Shown here piece by piece: positions 45,939 through 56,244 of a stretch of DNA of 64,000 nucleotides. The translations under genes were made by a program, and so were the position numbers. This DNA is from an uncultured archaeon (lineage in GTDB: Archaea > Thermoproteota > Nitrososphaeria > Nitrososphaerales > Gagatemarchaeaceae). Where the stretch lies: NCBI GenBank assembly GCA_963817525.1, contig CAWFOU010000007.1:160001-224000 (forward strand). The letters run 5' to 3'. Numbering within the stretch: position 1 is the stretch's first letter; every line of letters begins with the position of its first letter. The notes under the pieces were generated by a model that saw only the letters and a list, made by a program, of their open reading frames with translations, ran no database searches and had not been told where the DNA came from.

Positions 45939-47114
45939 TTGCCTAAGAGCGGAGCTCGGGGTGTCGACATGGCCGGCCTCAGGAGGGAGAAGGTCGCGAA
46001 GCTCGTCGCCTTCATGAAGAAGAAGGGCCTCGACGCGCTGCTGCTCAACAGGATAGAGAACGTCAGGTACTCGACCGACTTCCGCCCGGTGGTCAGCATG
46101 TGGTTCCAGAACAGCTATTCCTCCTTCATCACCGCCGGGGGAGACGTCGTGGTGCTGACGGTGGCGGGGGACTACACCAGGTCCAAGCACTACATGCCCT
46201 GGGTCGGGGACATGAGGGTGATGCACACCTCGGGCAGGGCCGAGGAGATCGCGAAGGTCTTCAGGGACTACAAGAGCCGCAAGGTCGGGTACGACCAGCT
46301 TGGGCTCGAGGGCTTCCACGCCCTGCGCAAGTCCGCGAAGGGGGTAAAGCTCGTGGACGCGGGCGCAGAGATCGCAGAGGAGAGGGCCGTCAAGCTGGAC
46401 GGAGAGATCGAGATCATGCGCGAGGCCTCGAAGGTCACGGAGGCCTCGGTCGATGCGGCGCTCAAGTTCGCCCGCCCCGGAAAGAGGGAGTATGAGATAG
46501 CCGCGGAGGGCGAGTACGCCGCGCGGAAGCTCGGGGCGGAGGGGATGTCGTGGTCGCTCGCGACCTTCGCAGGCCCCAACACCGGCCTGATGACGAGGCA
46601 CGACTCCGACAGGGTCGTGAAGAGCGGTGAGTTCCTCATCCTGGGCTACGCGACGATCTACAAGGCCTACAACACCGACATCACGACGACCTCGATACTC
46701 GGTAACCCCAGCGCGGCGCAGAAGCGACTCTACACGGCCACGTACGACGCCTACTCCGCCGCCCTCAAGGCGACGCGCCCCGGCGCGACCACGCTAGAGC
46801 TCAGGGACGCGGCCGAGGAGGTGGTCGACGAGTACGGGTACTCGCCGTACTCCTTCAGCAGGATCCAGCCCATCCTCCACGGGGTCGGGGTGAACGTCTA
46901 CGAACCTCCATGGGCGCCGGAGCCCGGGAGGGACGGGCCCAGCGCGAAGCTCAAGCCGGGGCACGTCATCGCAATCGAGCCTTGCATCACGCTGGACGAC
47001 AACCTCGAGGTCGGGGGATGCAGGATAGGTGAGACGATACTGGTGACCGAGTACGGCCACGAGGTGCTGACCGACGGGAAGCCCGACGCCCACGAGATCC
47101 TCTACGAGAGCTAG
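45939..47114 (+). CDS. M24/creatinase (pita-bread fold) family protein
   Basis: Creatinase_N-like N-domain; YNTDITTT, HGVG and IEP motifs, with two metal ligands substituted. ATG 45969 is a likely start. Confidence 0.85.
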   Translation: MPKSGARGVDMAGLRREKVAKLVAFMKKKGLDALLLNRIENVRYSTDFRPVVSMWFQNSYSSFITAGGDVVVLTVAGDYTRSKHYMPWVGDMRVMHTSGRAEEIAKVFRDYKSRKVGYDQLGLEGFHALRKSAKGVKLVDAGAEIAEERAVKLDGEIEIMREASKVTEASVDAALKFARPGKREYEIAAEGEYAARKLGAEGMSWSLATFAGPNTGLMTRHDSDRVVKSGEFLILGYATIYKAYNTDITTTSILGNPSAAQKRLYTATYDAYSAALKATRPGATTLELRDAAEEVVDEYGYSPYSFSRIQPILHGVGVNVYEPPWAPEPGRDGPSAKLKPGHVIAIEPCITLDDNLEVGGCRIGETILVTEYGHEVLTDGKPDAHEILYES

Positions 47115-47938
47115 GCCAAGGGCCTGAGGCCGAGGACGTCCGCCATCCCGTAGACCCTTGGCTCCCGCCCCTCCGCGGTGACCCACTCGGCGGCGTGGAG
47201 GGCCCCGAAGGCGAACGACGACCTCGAGAACGCGACGTGCTCCAGCGTTATCATCTCGTTGGGGCCGAAGGCGTGGACCGTGTGGATGCCCGGAGTCCCC
47301 CCTCCCCTCAGCGAGACCACCTCGAGCTCGTCGGGGGCGCGCTTGGAGAGGCCGCTGCGCCCGCTCACCGTCTTGGTGTATCCCCTCGCCCTCGAGACCT
47401 CCTGGGCTAGGCTCAGCGCGGTCCCGCTCGGCGCGTCCGCCTTTCCGGAATGGTGGGCCTCGACTATGCTCACGTCGAACCCCTTCGGGAGCGCCTTGAG
47501 CGCGGCGGACATCGCGATGAGGAAGTTGGCCCCTACTGAGAAGTTCGAGGCGACCACGGCCGGGATCTTCCCAGAGAGCGCTGCGTTCGCCTCCCTCCTC
47601 TCCCTCGGCGTGAGCCCGGTCGTCCCCGAGACGTAGGGGATCCCGCCCTGGACCACCGTCCGGAGGTTGCTGACCTCGGCTTGCGCGCTGGTGAAGGAGA
47701 TGCAGACGTCGCTCTTGCGCAGGAGCGCTGCGAGGCTTGACGGCGGGGAGACCTCCGCGTCGCTGAGCCCGGCGCCGAGCTCCCTGAGGGTCTTCCCGAG
47801 GCCCGGGTCGTCCGGGGCCGCGACCGCCCCGGTCACCTCGAACCTCTCCTTCGGCGCTTCCCTGGCGATGAGGGCCCCCATCCGGCCCGTGGCGCCGATG
47901 ATGCAGACCCGGAGCGGGCTACTCGTACGCGTCTTCAT
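47111..47938 (-). CDS. dapB: 4-hydroxy-tetrahydrodipicolinate reductase
   Basis: GATGRMG, GTTG, NFSVG and EAHHSGKADAPSGTA. Confidence 0.96.
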   Translation of the reverse strand: MKTRTSSPLRVCIIGATGRMGALIAREAPKERFEVTGAVAAPDDPGLGKTLRELGAGLSDAEVSPPSSLAALLRKSDVCISFTSAQAEVSNLRTVVQGGIPYVSGTTGLTPRERREANAALSGKIPAVVASNFSVGANFLIAMSAALKALPKGFDVSIVEAHHSGKADAPSGTALSLAQEVSRARGYTKTVSGRSGLSKRAPDELEVVSLRGGGTPGIHTVHAFGPNEMITLEHVAFSRSSFAFGALHAAEWVTAEGREPRVYGMADVLGLRPLA

Positions 47939-48971
47939 AGGCGAGCCCTTCCCAGTTGCGCGCTACGCGGAGCCTCTTGTCGATCGAGACGTCGAAGGCC
48001 TTCTCTATGGGCTCGAGGACCTCGGGATTCTGCGCCCAGACCTTCCGGAGGCCTTCGAGGATGTGGTTCAGTGCCTGGTTTGTGACCTTCCCTAGCGGCC
48101 CCCTGCAGGGCCCGACCTCCATCCCTAGGATGTTCATCACGGTCTTCACCGGAAGCGGGTTCCGCGCCTTCACCGGCACGGGCCCGTAGGCCGAGTTCTC
48201 CTCCGACTTTACGGTGACTATCGCGAAGAGCGGCTGCAGGGCGGCCCCGAGGCGCTCGGCCTCCTCAAGGTTGCCCGCCAGCGCCGCCTCTGTCAGGTCC
48301 TCGATCGCCCTCGGGACGACGTTGGAGATGACAGAGATGGCCCCCGAGCAGACTATGAGGTCGTCGCTCATGAAGGCGACGGTCTTGTCGTCGTCTCCGG
48401 ACATTATCGAGAACTCAGGGCCGCAGAGCTTCCTCGTCAGGCGGGCGTTCTCGACGCTGCCGGTGGCCTCCTTGACCGCCTGGAGGTTGGGGTACTCCCT
48501 CGCGAGGATGGCTAGGTCCTGCGGGAGGAGCTGCGTCCCCGTCCTCGCGGGGATGATATAGGGGATCATCTCCACCTCCGGGAACTTCCGGACTATCGGC
48601 TCGTAGTACTCCTTCCTGATCTCAAGCGAGCTGGGGCCGTTGTAGTAGGGGTCTACGAGGAGGGCCGCGCGTATGCCGTGGTCGTACACGTGCTTTGTCG
48701 CCTCGAGCGACTCTTCCGTGTTGTTGGAGCCCGTACCGGCTATCGTCTCCAGCGAGGAGCCGGCGGCCTCGAAGTAGGACTCGATGACCCTGTAGTGCTC
48801 GGTCCAGCTCAGCGTGGGGCTCTCCCCCGTGGTGCCCGCGGGGACCACACCCCGTACGCCCTGGGCCTTTTGGAACTCCCCCAGGATCTTCAGCTGCTCC
48901 CAGTTCACCTTCTGCTTAGAGTCAAAGGGGGTGACGACGGCCGTGTAGCAACCCCTGAACCTAAACGCCAT
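47919..48971 (-). CDS. dapA: 4-hydroxy-tetrahydrodipicolinate synthase
   Basis: TAVVTPF, GTTGESPTL, PYYN, VKEATG and SGDD. Confidence 0.95.
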   Translation of the reverse strand: MAFRFRGCYTAVVTPFDSKQKVNWEQLKILGEFQKAQGVRGVVPAGTTGESPTLSWTEHYRVIESYFEAAGSSLETIAGTGSNNTEESLEATKHVYDHGIRAALLVDPYYNGPSSLEIRKEYYEPIVRKFPEVEMIPYIIPARTGTQLLPQDLAILAREYPNLQAVKEATGSVENARLTRKLCGPEFSIMSGDDDKTVAFMSDDLIVCSGAISVISNVVPRAIEDLTEAALAGNLEEAERLGAALQPLFAIVTVKSEENSAYGPVPVKARNPLPVKTVMNILGMEVGPCRGPLGKVTNQALNHILEGLRKVWAQNPEVLEPIEKAFDVSIDKRLRVARNWEGLAYEDAYE

Positions 48972-49332
48972 GCCGTCCGCCTGGTGGCCTGTCAGGTTCT
49001 TAAACCTATTTTTCCGCAACGAAACGCCTCTTTTCGAATATAAGACGCGTCAGAACGCACTTTTCCGCAGCTCGTTTGGTCGTTCGATAGGTGTTCCGCA
49101 CCTCAGACGAGCGCAATAGTAATGGAAACTGGCGAGAAGGCGATCCTGGACTTCCTAGTTAAGAGGGAGGCGCGTTTCGGACGACGCACCATCAGGTTAG
49201 TGGACGCGCTGGCCAAGTCCGTGCTGACGCGAAAACTTTCGCTGCCGATCCGTCCTGTTCCCTCGTGTTTCCCAATACGCTGTGGCACCAGTAAAGTCAA
49301 ACTTAGTTAGTTAGTAGCGCGGCACTACTGAC

Positions 49333-49340
49333 TATAAATA
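49333..49340 (+). promoter_or_regulatory. TATA box of the spt4-rps5 unit
   Basis: TATAAATA upstream of spt4. Confidence 0.6.
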
Positions 49341-49391
49341 GCGGCAGGCCGCACATAAGTATGAAGTTTTGAGATTGCATCAAAGAAGAGG

Positions 49392-49587
49392 CTGGTAGCC
49401 ACGAGAGAAAGGGCCTGCAAGAAATGTAGAAGGCTGACCATGAAATCCTCCTGTCCGGACCATGGTCCAAACGACCTCAGTGAGCATTGGACCGGACTGA
49501 TAGTGATTCTCGACCCCGAAAAATTCAAGGGTAGCCCAGACCCTCGGAGTCAAGAACGCTGGCAGATATGCGCTGAGAGTGGGGTAG
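49392..49587 (+). CDS. spt4: Transcription elongation factor Spt4, frameshifted in an A5 run
   Basis: ERACKKCRRL...CPDHG..LSEHWTGLIVILDPE. Deleting one A at 49519-49523 gives NSRVAQTLGVKNAGRYALRVG*. Start appears to be CTG. Confidence 0.85.
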
Positions 49588-49600
49588 TGAGCGGTCTGAA

Positions 49601-50266
49601 ATGAGCAAGATATCGCGTGGGCTGAGCCAACAGGTGTCCAACTACCGCCGAAGCAGCGACCTGGCCAGATGGAAGGAGGCGTGGATTCCGAGGACAAGAT
49701 TGGGCGAGAAGGTATCGGAAGACAAGGTGACCTCGCTTCAGGAAATCTTCCAGCAGGGGTTGAAGATCCGCGAGCCCGAGATAGTGAAGACGCTGCTCCC
49801 GAACATCTCCTCCGAAGTGGTGAAAGTGGGAATCGTCCAGAAGCAGACCGACGCTGGTGAACTCACGAGATTCCGCGCGGTCGTCGCGGTAGGCGACAGG
49901 GACGGCTGGTTCGGGGTGGGTGAGGGTAAGGCTGCGCAGAGAGTAGCCGCAATAGACAAGGCGACGAATGCCGCACTGCTCTCCATCATACCGGTGAAGC
50001 GCGGCTGTGGAAGTCCAGAGTGCTCGAACAAGACGAACCACTCGGTGCCCTTTAGGACGATCGGCAAGGCCGGGAGCGTGACAGTGCAGTTGCTTCCCGC
50101 GCCCAGGGGCGTCGGGCTCGTTGCCGGCCCCGCCCTTAGGAAGCTCTTGGCGTTGGCTGGCTTGGAAGATGTCTATGTGAGGTCCTTCGGCTCGACCAAC
50201 ACAGCGTCGTCATTGGCGAACGCGGTCTACGACGCGGTCTCCAAGTCGCATAGACTTGACGTGTAG
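49601..50266 (+). CDS. rpsE: 30S ribosomal protein uS5
   Basis: WIPRTRLG, VQKQTDAGELTRF, VKRGCGS and PAPRGVGLVAG. Confidence 0.96.
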   Translation: MSKISRGLSQQVSNYRRSSDLARWKEAWIPRTRLGEKVSEDKVTSLQEIFQQGLKIREPEIVKTLLPNISSEVVKVGIVQKQTDAGELTRFRAVVAVGDRDGWFGVGEGKAAQRVAAIDKATNAALLSIIPVKRGCGSPECSNKTNHSVPFRTIGKAGSVTVQLLPAPRGVGLVAGPALRKLLALAGLEDVYVRSFGSTNTASSLANAVYDAVSKSHRLDV

Positions 50267-50445
50267 GCTTGCTGGTGGAGTTGCCCACGAGTCAGCTTTG
50301 TACGTCCCCAAAAAATTCCGGAATCTAGGGAGGCCGGCTCTGCGGGACCTCTGACGACGAAAGAGAGGAACGCCCAAGGCGGCCGTGCTAGCATAGTGTC
50401 AATCCGGCGCTAATATTAAAGAATCCATCCGACTCCGGGACGGAA

Positions 50446-51021
50446 TTGGCCCCGGCCACCATTGCCGTCCTCATCGCCTTGCTGGCGGCAACCGTCTTCG
50501 TTTGCCTCTCGTTCGTCTTCCCGTCCCTGACCGGCGCTCCCTGGGTGCCGAGCCCCAACGACACCGTGAGGAAGATGCTCCTGCTCGCGAAGGTGAAACC
50601 GGGCGAAGAGGTCTACGACCTAGGGTCTGGAGACGGTAGAGTCGTCATAACCTCCGTGAAGGAGTTCGGTGCGAGGTCGACCGGGATCGAGATCGACGTG
50701 TTCCGGGCTTTTTACTCGAAGGTGCTCATCAAGCTGCTGGGCCTTGGGGGGAAGGCCAGGGTCATCTGGTCCAGTTTCTACAGGGTGGACCTGAGCAAGG
50801 CAGATGTCGTCACCGTGTACCTGCTGCCGCAGACCAACGACAAGCTGATGCCCAAGCTCGAGAGGGAGCTCAGGCCGACGTCCAGGGTGGTCTCGCACGC
50901 GTTCAAATTCGATTGGCCGCTCCTCGACTCTGACGAGGGCGCGAAGATCTACGTCTACAATCCTCGTCCCAGCCCGTCTCTACCTAAGGCCTCTCCGGAA
51001 GCTCGAGGCGAGCCGACCTGA
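50446..51021 (+). CDS. Class I SAM methyltransferase (FAM173/aKMT-like) with N-terminal TM helix
   Basis: APWVPSP, YDLGSGDGR, ADVVTVYL and RVVSHAF. Confidence 0.85.
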   Translation: MAPATIAVLIALLAATVFVCLSFVFPSLTGAPWVPSPNDTVRKMLLLAKVKPGEEVYDLGSGDGRVVITSVKEFGARSTGIEIDVFRAFYSKVLIKLLGLGGKARVIWSSFYRVDLSKADVVTVYLLPQTNDKLMPKLERELRPTSRVVSHAFKFDWPLLDSDEGAKIYVYNPRPSPSLPKASPEARGEPT

Positions 51022-51078
51022 GCCTGACCGTGCTGGAAGGGACAGCCTAGCCGCGTCGAGGACTGTGAGGGAGCTGGC

Positions 51079-51837
51079 TCATGACTCCTCGAACTCCTCT
51101 CCTCCCTTCGCAATGCGCGAGAGCTCCCCCACCAGGGCGATGAAACCGTCCCTCGTGTAGCCCGAGACGGGGAAGAGGCCCGTCGAGATCGAGGCGTGCT
51201 TCAGCGCCCGGAAGACCTGCGTGTAGAAGGTGTAGGACTCGCCGGACTTGGTCTTCGAGAGACCAGCCTCGAACTGCACGGCGTCGTTGCCCCACTTCAC
51301 AATCTCCCTTGCGTTGGTCGAGATGTCCGTCTTCGAGAGGACCTGCAGGAGGGGGAGCTCCATCCGCAGCTGGACCGAGGTCGATAGGAGAAGGAGCGAG
51401 AGGAAGTTGGTTGGCGAGGAGGCTACCAGCGAGTCGATGAGGAAGAGGACGGCCTTAGAGTCTGCCCTGAGGCCCCTCGCGACGAACGGCCCGCTCTCCC
51501 GGAAGGCGAAGAGCTCTATCTGGCCCGGTGTGTCGACGACCACAAAGTCCGCGTTGGAGGAGTCGATGTCGTCCTGCACCTCAGGGAGCTTGCTGGCGAT
51601 GAGGTCGCTGGCGAAGATCAAGGCTCCGTTAGGCCCGAGAGAGTACTTGTGCATTATCTCCTGGAGGTCGATCATCGTCCTCACGTCGACGTCCGGCTCG
51701 TAGGGGAGGGCGACGACCCCCGGGTCTAGGTTCACCGCTATCGCGTTCTGCGACTTTTCGTGATACCAGCTCAGCAATGACGCGGTGAGGAGGGACTTGC
51801 CAGCGCCCGCCGTGCCCGTGACGAAGACGACGTTCAA
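51079..51837 (-). CDS. GPN-loop GTPase
   Basis: GTAGAGKS, NLDPG, LGPNGA and DTPGQIE. Confidence 0.95.
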   Translation of the reverse strand: MNVVFVTGTAGAGKSLLTASLLSWYHEKSQNAIAVNLDPGVVALPYEPDVDVRTMIDLQEIMHKYSLGPNGALIFASDLIASKLPEVQDDIDSSNADFVVVDTPGQIELFAFRESGPFVARGLRADSKAVLFLIDSLVASSPTNFLSLLLLSTSVQLRMELPLLQVLSKTDISTNAREIVKWGNDAVQFEAGLSKTKSGESYTFYTQVFRALKHASISTGLFPVSGYTRDGFIALVGELSRIAKGGEEFEES

Positions 51838-51893
51838 CTTGGCCCTAGCGCCGGCCGCGTCAGCTTATATCTTCGACCGCGCTTTGGGCGACC

Positions 51894-52184
51894 ATGCCCG
51901 CCTACATAGTTTTCACCCGACTGCGCACCCGCAACCAAGCGGAGCTCGACACCTACAGGAAGGAAGTGGGCGCTTCCCTGGCCGGGCACAAGCTCAAGGC
52001 CCTGGCCAGCTACACCCCGTACGAGGTCCTGGAAGGGCCCGAGGTCGAAGGCGCCGTGATTCTGGAATTTCCGACGCGCGCCGAGGCAAAGGCCTGGTAT
52101 ACGAGCCCCGCGTACCAGGAGGCGGTCAAGCACAGGTTCTTGGGCGCGGACTACAGCGTGATGATCGTCGAAGGCGAAAAGTGA
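51894..52184 (+). CDS. DUF1330 domain protein
   Basis: EVLEG...ILEFPT..AKAWYTSPAYQ. Confidence 0.9.
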   Translation: MPAYIVFTRLRTRNQAELDTYRKEVGASLAGHKLKALASYTPYEVLEGPEVEGAVILEFPTRAEAKAWYTSPAYQEAVKHRFLGADYSVMIVEGEK

Positions 52185-52190
52185 GGCCGC

Positions 52191-53006
52191 CTACCTTATC
52201 GTCTCGCGCTTGCTCGTGACGGTCCCGCCGAGCTCCGATATCCTTCGCGTGAGGAAGGACGCAAGCTCCGAGTACGTGGAGCGAGCCGTGCTCGACTTGC
52301 GGGAGGTCACGGTCACGTCGAGCTCCATCGTGGGTACGCCGGCCCTGAGCCCTCTGGGGTGCGACTTGATGTACGCCTCTGGGTGCATCTTCAGCGCCTC
52401 CGCGAGGGAGGGGGCGAGGGCCGCCTCGTAGATCCCGTTAAGCTTCATTGTAACCTTCGCTATGTGGATTTCGCCAACCTTCTCCCTGATCTCCTTCTCC
52501 GCGATGTTCGAGAAGATGTTCCTCATCTCCCTCGGCACTCCAGGGAGGCAGTAGACCACGGTCCCCTCGCCGGCGGTGAGCCTGACCCCGGGCGCGGTCC
52601 CCACGTCGTTCCTGAGGGGAATGCTCCCCTCGGGGAGCATCGCCATCTTCTTCCTCGCAGGGGTGAGCTCGAACTCCCTACCCGCCTTCTCGATGTGCTC
52701 CTTGATGAGCGCAATCGCGTCTTCGTTGAACTTGATTTTCTTCCCGAGCCCGAGCGCGATGCCCTTCAGGGTCATGTCGTCGGGAGTGGGGCCCAGCCCT
52801 CCGACCACGATGATAAAGTCAGGCCTCGATGAGAGGAGCTCCTTGAGCCCCGCCGAGATCTCGTCCAGAGAGTCCGTGACCGTGAGGACCCTGTCGAGCA
52901 TCCCGCCCATCTTGTAGAGCCGCCCGCCTATCCAGTATGCGTTAGAGTTCATCGTCCTCCCAATCAGGAGCTCCTTGCCCACGGAGAAGTTGACGACGGA
53001 GACCAA
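52191..53006 (-). CDS. CinA-like molybdopterin-binding domain protein
   Basis: VGKELLIG, GGLGPTPDDMT, GTAPG and LPGVPREM. Confidence 0.9.
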   Translation of the reverse strand: MVSVVNFSVGKELLIGRTMNSNAYWIGGRLYKMGGMLDRVLTVTDSLDEISAGLKELLSSRPDFIIVVGGLGPTPDDMTLKGIALGLGKKIKFNEDAIALIKEHIEKAGREFELTPARKKMAMLPEGSIPLRNDVGTAPGVRLTAGEGTVVYCLPGVPREMRNIFSNIAEKEIREKVGEIHIAKVTMKLNGIYEAALAPSLAEALKMHPEAYIKSHPRGLRAGVPTMELDVTVTSRKSSTARSTYSELASFLTRRISELGGTVTSKRETIR

Positions 53007-53112
53007 CTCCCCTGCGTCGAGGGGACCGCATATTCAAAGGCTTGCGCGTGCCTAAGAAAGGTGCTACGGCAGAGTGAACACTAAGCTTTCGCGTCGCGTC
53101 TCGTCGTTTCTT

Positions 53113-53334
53113 CTACTGTTTTTTCTTGTCGCCACTCAGCCACCAGTCGAGATAGTCGGCCTGCTGGCGCTGCCTCTTCCGCCTCTCGTCGTCAGGCAGC
53201 GTTTTCATCTTGAACCTCAGGTCGGACAACTGGTCTCTGGTCAAAAACAGCCCGCAGCTCTTGCAAGAGAATCTCTTGTTGACCGCGTCGAAGACGAGCG
53301 CCCCGCCACATTCGGGACAGAACTGGTCTACCAT
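53113..53334 (-). CDS. Small zinc-ribbon protein
   Basis: CPECGG...CKSCG and a DYLDWWLS tail. Confidence 0.8.
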   Translation of the reverse strand: MVDQFCPECGGALVFDAVNKRFSCKSCGLFLTRDQLSDLRFKMKTLPDDERRKRQRQQADYLDWWLSGDKKKQ

Positions 53335-53462
53335 GGATTAATTTCAGTCCAGAGGTCGGTATTCCTTAAGTCTTTGGTGGCGTTCCCGTTTCTTCCAGCC
53401 AAAATTTGTTAAATAGCTAGACCCCTGTGGCGGCTCGACTTCCAGTGGCCAATTGGCGAGTT

Positions 53463-54344
53463 ATGGTTGGTCCCTCCTCCCAGGAGTTCGGGACCAAGCT
53501 GGCCAAGAGGATGGGGCTCCCGCTGCTTGCGGTGACCACCACGGAGTTCCCCGACGGCGAGATAAAGTACAAGTTCGACGAGAAGCTCGACGGGCTGGAG
53601 GTCCTCCTCGTCCAGGCGACATATCCGCCGGCGGACAGGCACTACATGCAGCTCTTCCTCGCCTCCCACCACATGAGCCAGGAGGGTGCGAGGGTCCACG
53701 CGGTAATCCCCTACCTGGGGTACGCCAGGCAGGGCAAGGCCTTCCTCCCTGGGGAGATAGTGAGCCTCGGCATAGTCGCCCACCTCCTGAGGTCGGTGGG
53801 GGTCACGAGGGTCAGCACGGTCGACATGCACTCCGCGGAGGGTCTCGCGCTCTTCTCGATGCCCGTCTACAGCGTCTCCGCAATACCCGGGCTGGCGCAG
53901 TACGTCAAGACGCACGTCAAGCTCGACGACCCGATAGTGGTCGCCCCGGACGCGGGCTCCGCAAAGAGGACGCAGGCGTTCGCCGCGCTCTACGGGACCA
54001 AGTCCATCCAGTTCAAGAAGAGCAGGGACCGCGTCACGGGCAGGATCAAGATGGAGGCGCCTCCCAAGCTAGAACCCAAGGGGAGGGACTGCGTCGTGGT
54101 CGACGACGTCATCTCGACTGGGGGGACGATCGCGGCCTCGACCGAGCTCCTCAAGAAGGCGGGCGCGAAGAAGGTCGTAGCCGCCTGCGTCCACGCCGTC
54201 CTGCTTGGGGAGACCTACGACAAGCTCATCAAGTCGGGAGTCGATGAAATAATAGGGACCAATACTGTGCCCAGCCGAGTAAGCAAGGTTGACGCAACAG
54301 AGCCTATGGCGGCCTACCTCAGGACGATCATCGCCGAGAAGTAG
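53463..54344 (+). CDS. prs: Ribose-phosphate pyrophosphokinase
   Basis: FPDGE, PYLGYARQ, VDMH, APDAG and DDVISTGGT. Confidence 0.95.
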   Translation: MVGPSSQEFGTKLAKRMGLPLLAVTTTEFPDGEIKYKFDEKLDGLEVLLVQATYPPADRHYMQLFLASHHMSQEGARVHAVIPYLGYARQGKAFLPGEIVSLGIVAHLLRSVGVTRVSTVDMHSAEGLALFSMPVYSVSAIPGLAQYVKTHVKLDDPIVVAPDAGSAKRTQAFAALYGTKSIQFKKSRDRVTGRIKMEAPPKLEPKGRDCVVVDDVISTGGTIAASTELLKKAGAKKVVAACVHAVLLGETYDKLIKSGVDEIIGTNTVPSRVSKVDATEPMAAYLRTIIAEK

Positions 54345-54360
54345 GGCGAGCGTCCTCTTC

Positions 54361-55327
54361 ATGCTCTCCGGGAGTCGACGGGAGTCCCGGAGGCGGAGGC
54401 GCGGGCCCTCGTCCGCGACCTCGACCCTGAGGCCAAGTTCGAGAGCCCCGAGGGAGGCCTTCTGGTCGCAGAGACCAGCGCCGACCCGGCGCTGATCGAG
54501 TCCCGCGTGGCGTTCTCGAGGCGAGTGGGGCGCCTCGTCCCCGACGGGCGCCTGGACGAGGGGCATGTCTCCCTCCTCAGGCGGGGGACCTACAGGGTGC
54601 GCGTGTTCGGCGAGGGGGATAACGGGAAGGGGGAGGAGGAGATGATCGCCTCCATCGCCGAGAGGGTGGGAGGGAAGGTCTCGCTGGACGCCCCGGACCG
54701 CGAGGTATCCGCCTACGTGGGCGAGGGCGGGAGGAAGACGTACGTGGCGATAACGATGCCCGGCTCGATGAGGCAGGGGTGGGTGACTCGGAGGCCGCGG
54801 AGCAGGGCGTTCTTCCACCCGTCGGCCATCTTCCCGAAGCTCTCCCGCGCGCTGGTCAACCTCTCTGGGGTCCAGCCCGGCGAGGCGTTCCTCGACCCAT
54901 TCTGCGGGACGGGGAGCCTGCTCATCGAGGCCAGCATAGTCGGGGCCGAACCCGTGGGGATCGACCTGGCGCGGAAGATGGTGAGGGGGGCGCGCAGGAA
55001 CGCCATCAAGTACGCGCAGCCGTGGCTCGGGGTAATCCGGGCGGACTCTCGGAGCCCCCGGTGATGGAGGTGAGCGCGGTCGCCACCGACATCCCCTACG
55101 GGAGGGCCTCGAGCGCCGCCGGGCGCAAGTCGAGCGACGTCCTGTGTTCCCTGGTCGAGCGCGCGGCGGGGGTGATCCCGGGCGGGAGGAAGCTTGTGGT
55201 CATGCACCCCAAGAGCCTGCAGGTCGAGGAGGCGGGCGGGCTGCGCATCGAGGAGGAGCTCGACATATACATCCACAGGACGCTCACCAGGACTATCACC
55301 GTGATGCGGAGGGACGAGGCGCGCTGA
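54361..55327 (+). CDS. trm11: tRNA (guanine-10-N2) methyltransferase, two apparent homopolymer frameshifts
   Basis: RAFFHPS, LDPFCGTGS and TDIPYGR. Frames join by adding a G at ~54370-54372 and a C at ~55056-55059. Confidence 0.85.
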
Positions 55328-56244
55328 CCAAGCTCGAGGTCGTCTTCCTGGGGACGAGCTCCGCGACCCCCACGAAGGGAAGGAACCTCCCCGCGGTAGT
55401 GATCAGGAGGGAGGGGGAGGTCGTCCTCATGGACTGCGGGGAGGGCACCCAGAGGAGGTTCGTCGAGTACGGCCTCGGGATAAACAGGGAGATGGTCGTC
55501 CTGATCACGCACCTGCACGGGGACCACGTCAACGGCCTCCTCGGGCTGCTACAGACGATGAGCATGTCCCAGAGGGGGAAGAAGCTCACGCTCGTCGGGC
55601 CTGAGGGGCTCTACCAGTGGGTGAAGGCGAGCATGGAGATGCTGCACATCGGGCTCTCCTTCGACCTGCAGTTCTTGGCCGCGAGGCCCGGGGTGGTCCT
55701 GAGGAGGGAGGCGTACCAGATAAGGTGCGCCCGGGCGAGCCACTCGGTGGAGGCCTATTCGTACCTCTTCGAGGAGACTCCCCGTCCGGGCGTGTTCGAC
55801 TCGAAGAAGGCCGTGGCGCTGGGGGTCCCTGAGGGGAGGAAGTGGTCGACCTTGCAGCACGGGAGGAGCGTCACCGTTGAGGGGAAGACGATACGGCCGC
55901 GCGAGGTCCTGGGGCCAAGGAGGGAGGGGAGGAGGGTGGGATACTCGGGGGACACGAGGCCGTCGGCGACCCTGGCCAGGCTCTTCGCCGAGGCAGACCT
56001 GCTGATCTTCGACTCGACGTTCGCCGCGGGCGACGCGGACAAGGCGGTGGAGAGGAAGCACTCCACCTGCGTGGAGGCCGCCGAGCTGGCAAAGAAGGCC
56101 CATGTTAGGAGGCTCGCGCTCACCCACTTTAGCGCCAGGTACAGGAGCGTCTCCCCGCTGGTGAGGGAGGCCAGGGAGGTCTTCCCGGAGACCTTCGCCG
56201 CGAGTGACGGGATGTTCGTGGACGTACCCGGAAGGGCTCAGTAG
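55324..56244 (+). CDS. rnz: Ribonuclease Z
   Basis: FLGTSSATP, DCGEGTQ, THLHGDH, SGDTRP, HST and THFSARY. CTG start overlaps the upstream TGA. Confidence 0.95.
   Translation: MTKLEVVFLGTSSATPTKGRNLPAVVIRREGEVVLMDCGEGTQRRFVEYGLGINREMVVLITHLHGDHVNGLLGLLQTMSMSQRGKKLTLVGPEGLYQWVKASMEMLHIGLSFDLQFLAARPGVVLRREAYQIRCARASHSVEAYSYLFEETPRPGVFDSKKAVALGVPEGRKWSTLQHGRSVTVEGKTIRPREVLGPRREGRRVGYSGDTRPSATLARLFAEADLLIFDSTFAAGDADKAVERKHSTCVEAAELAKKAHVRRLALTHFSARYRSVSPLVREAREVFPETFAASDGMFVDVPGRAQ

Noticed and set aside
49103-49310. 62-65 aa ORFs between dapA and spt4
   Set aside because: No motif or clear expression signals.
50267-50445. Possible C/D-box sRNA or structured RNA
   Set aside because: Only an isolated CTGA and a short stem; no convincing C box.
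55144-55323. N-terminal extension of RNase Z
   Set aside because: Overlaps the trm11 C-terminus in another frame; RNase Z homology starts at 55324.
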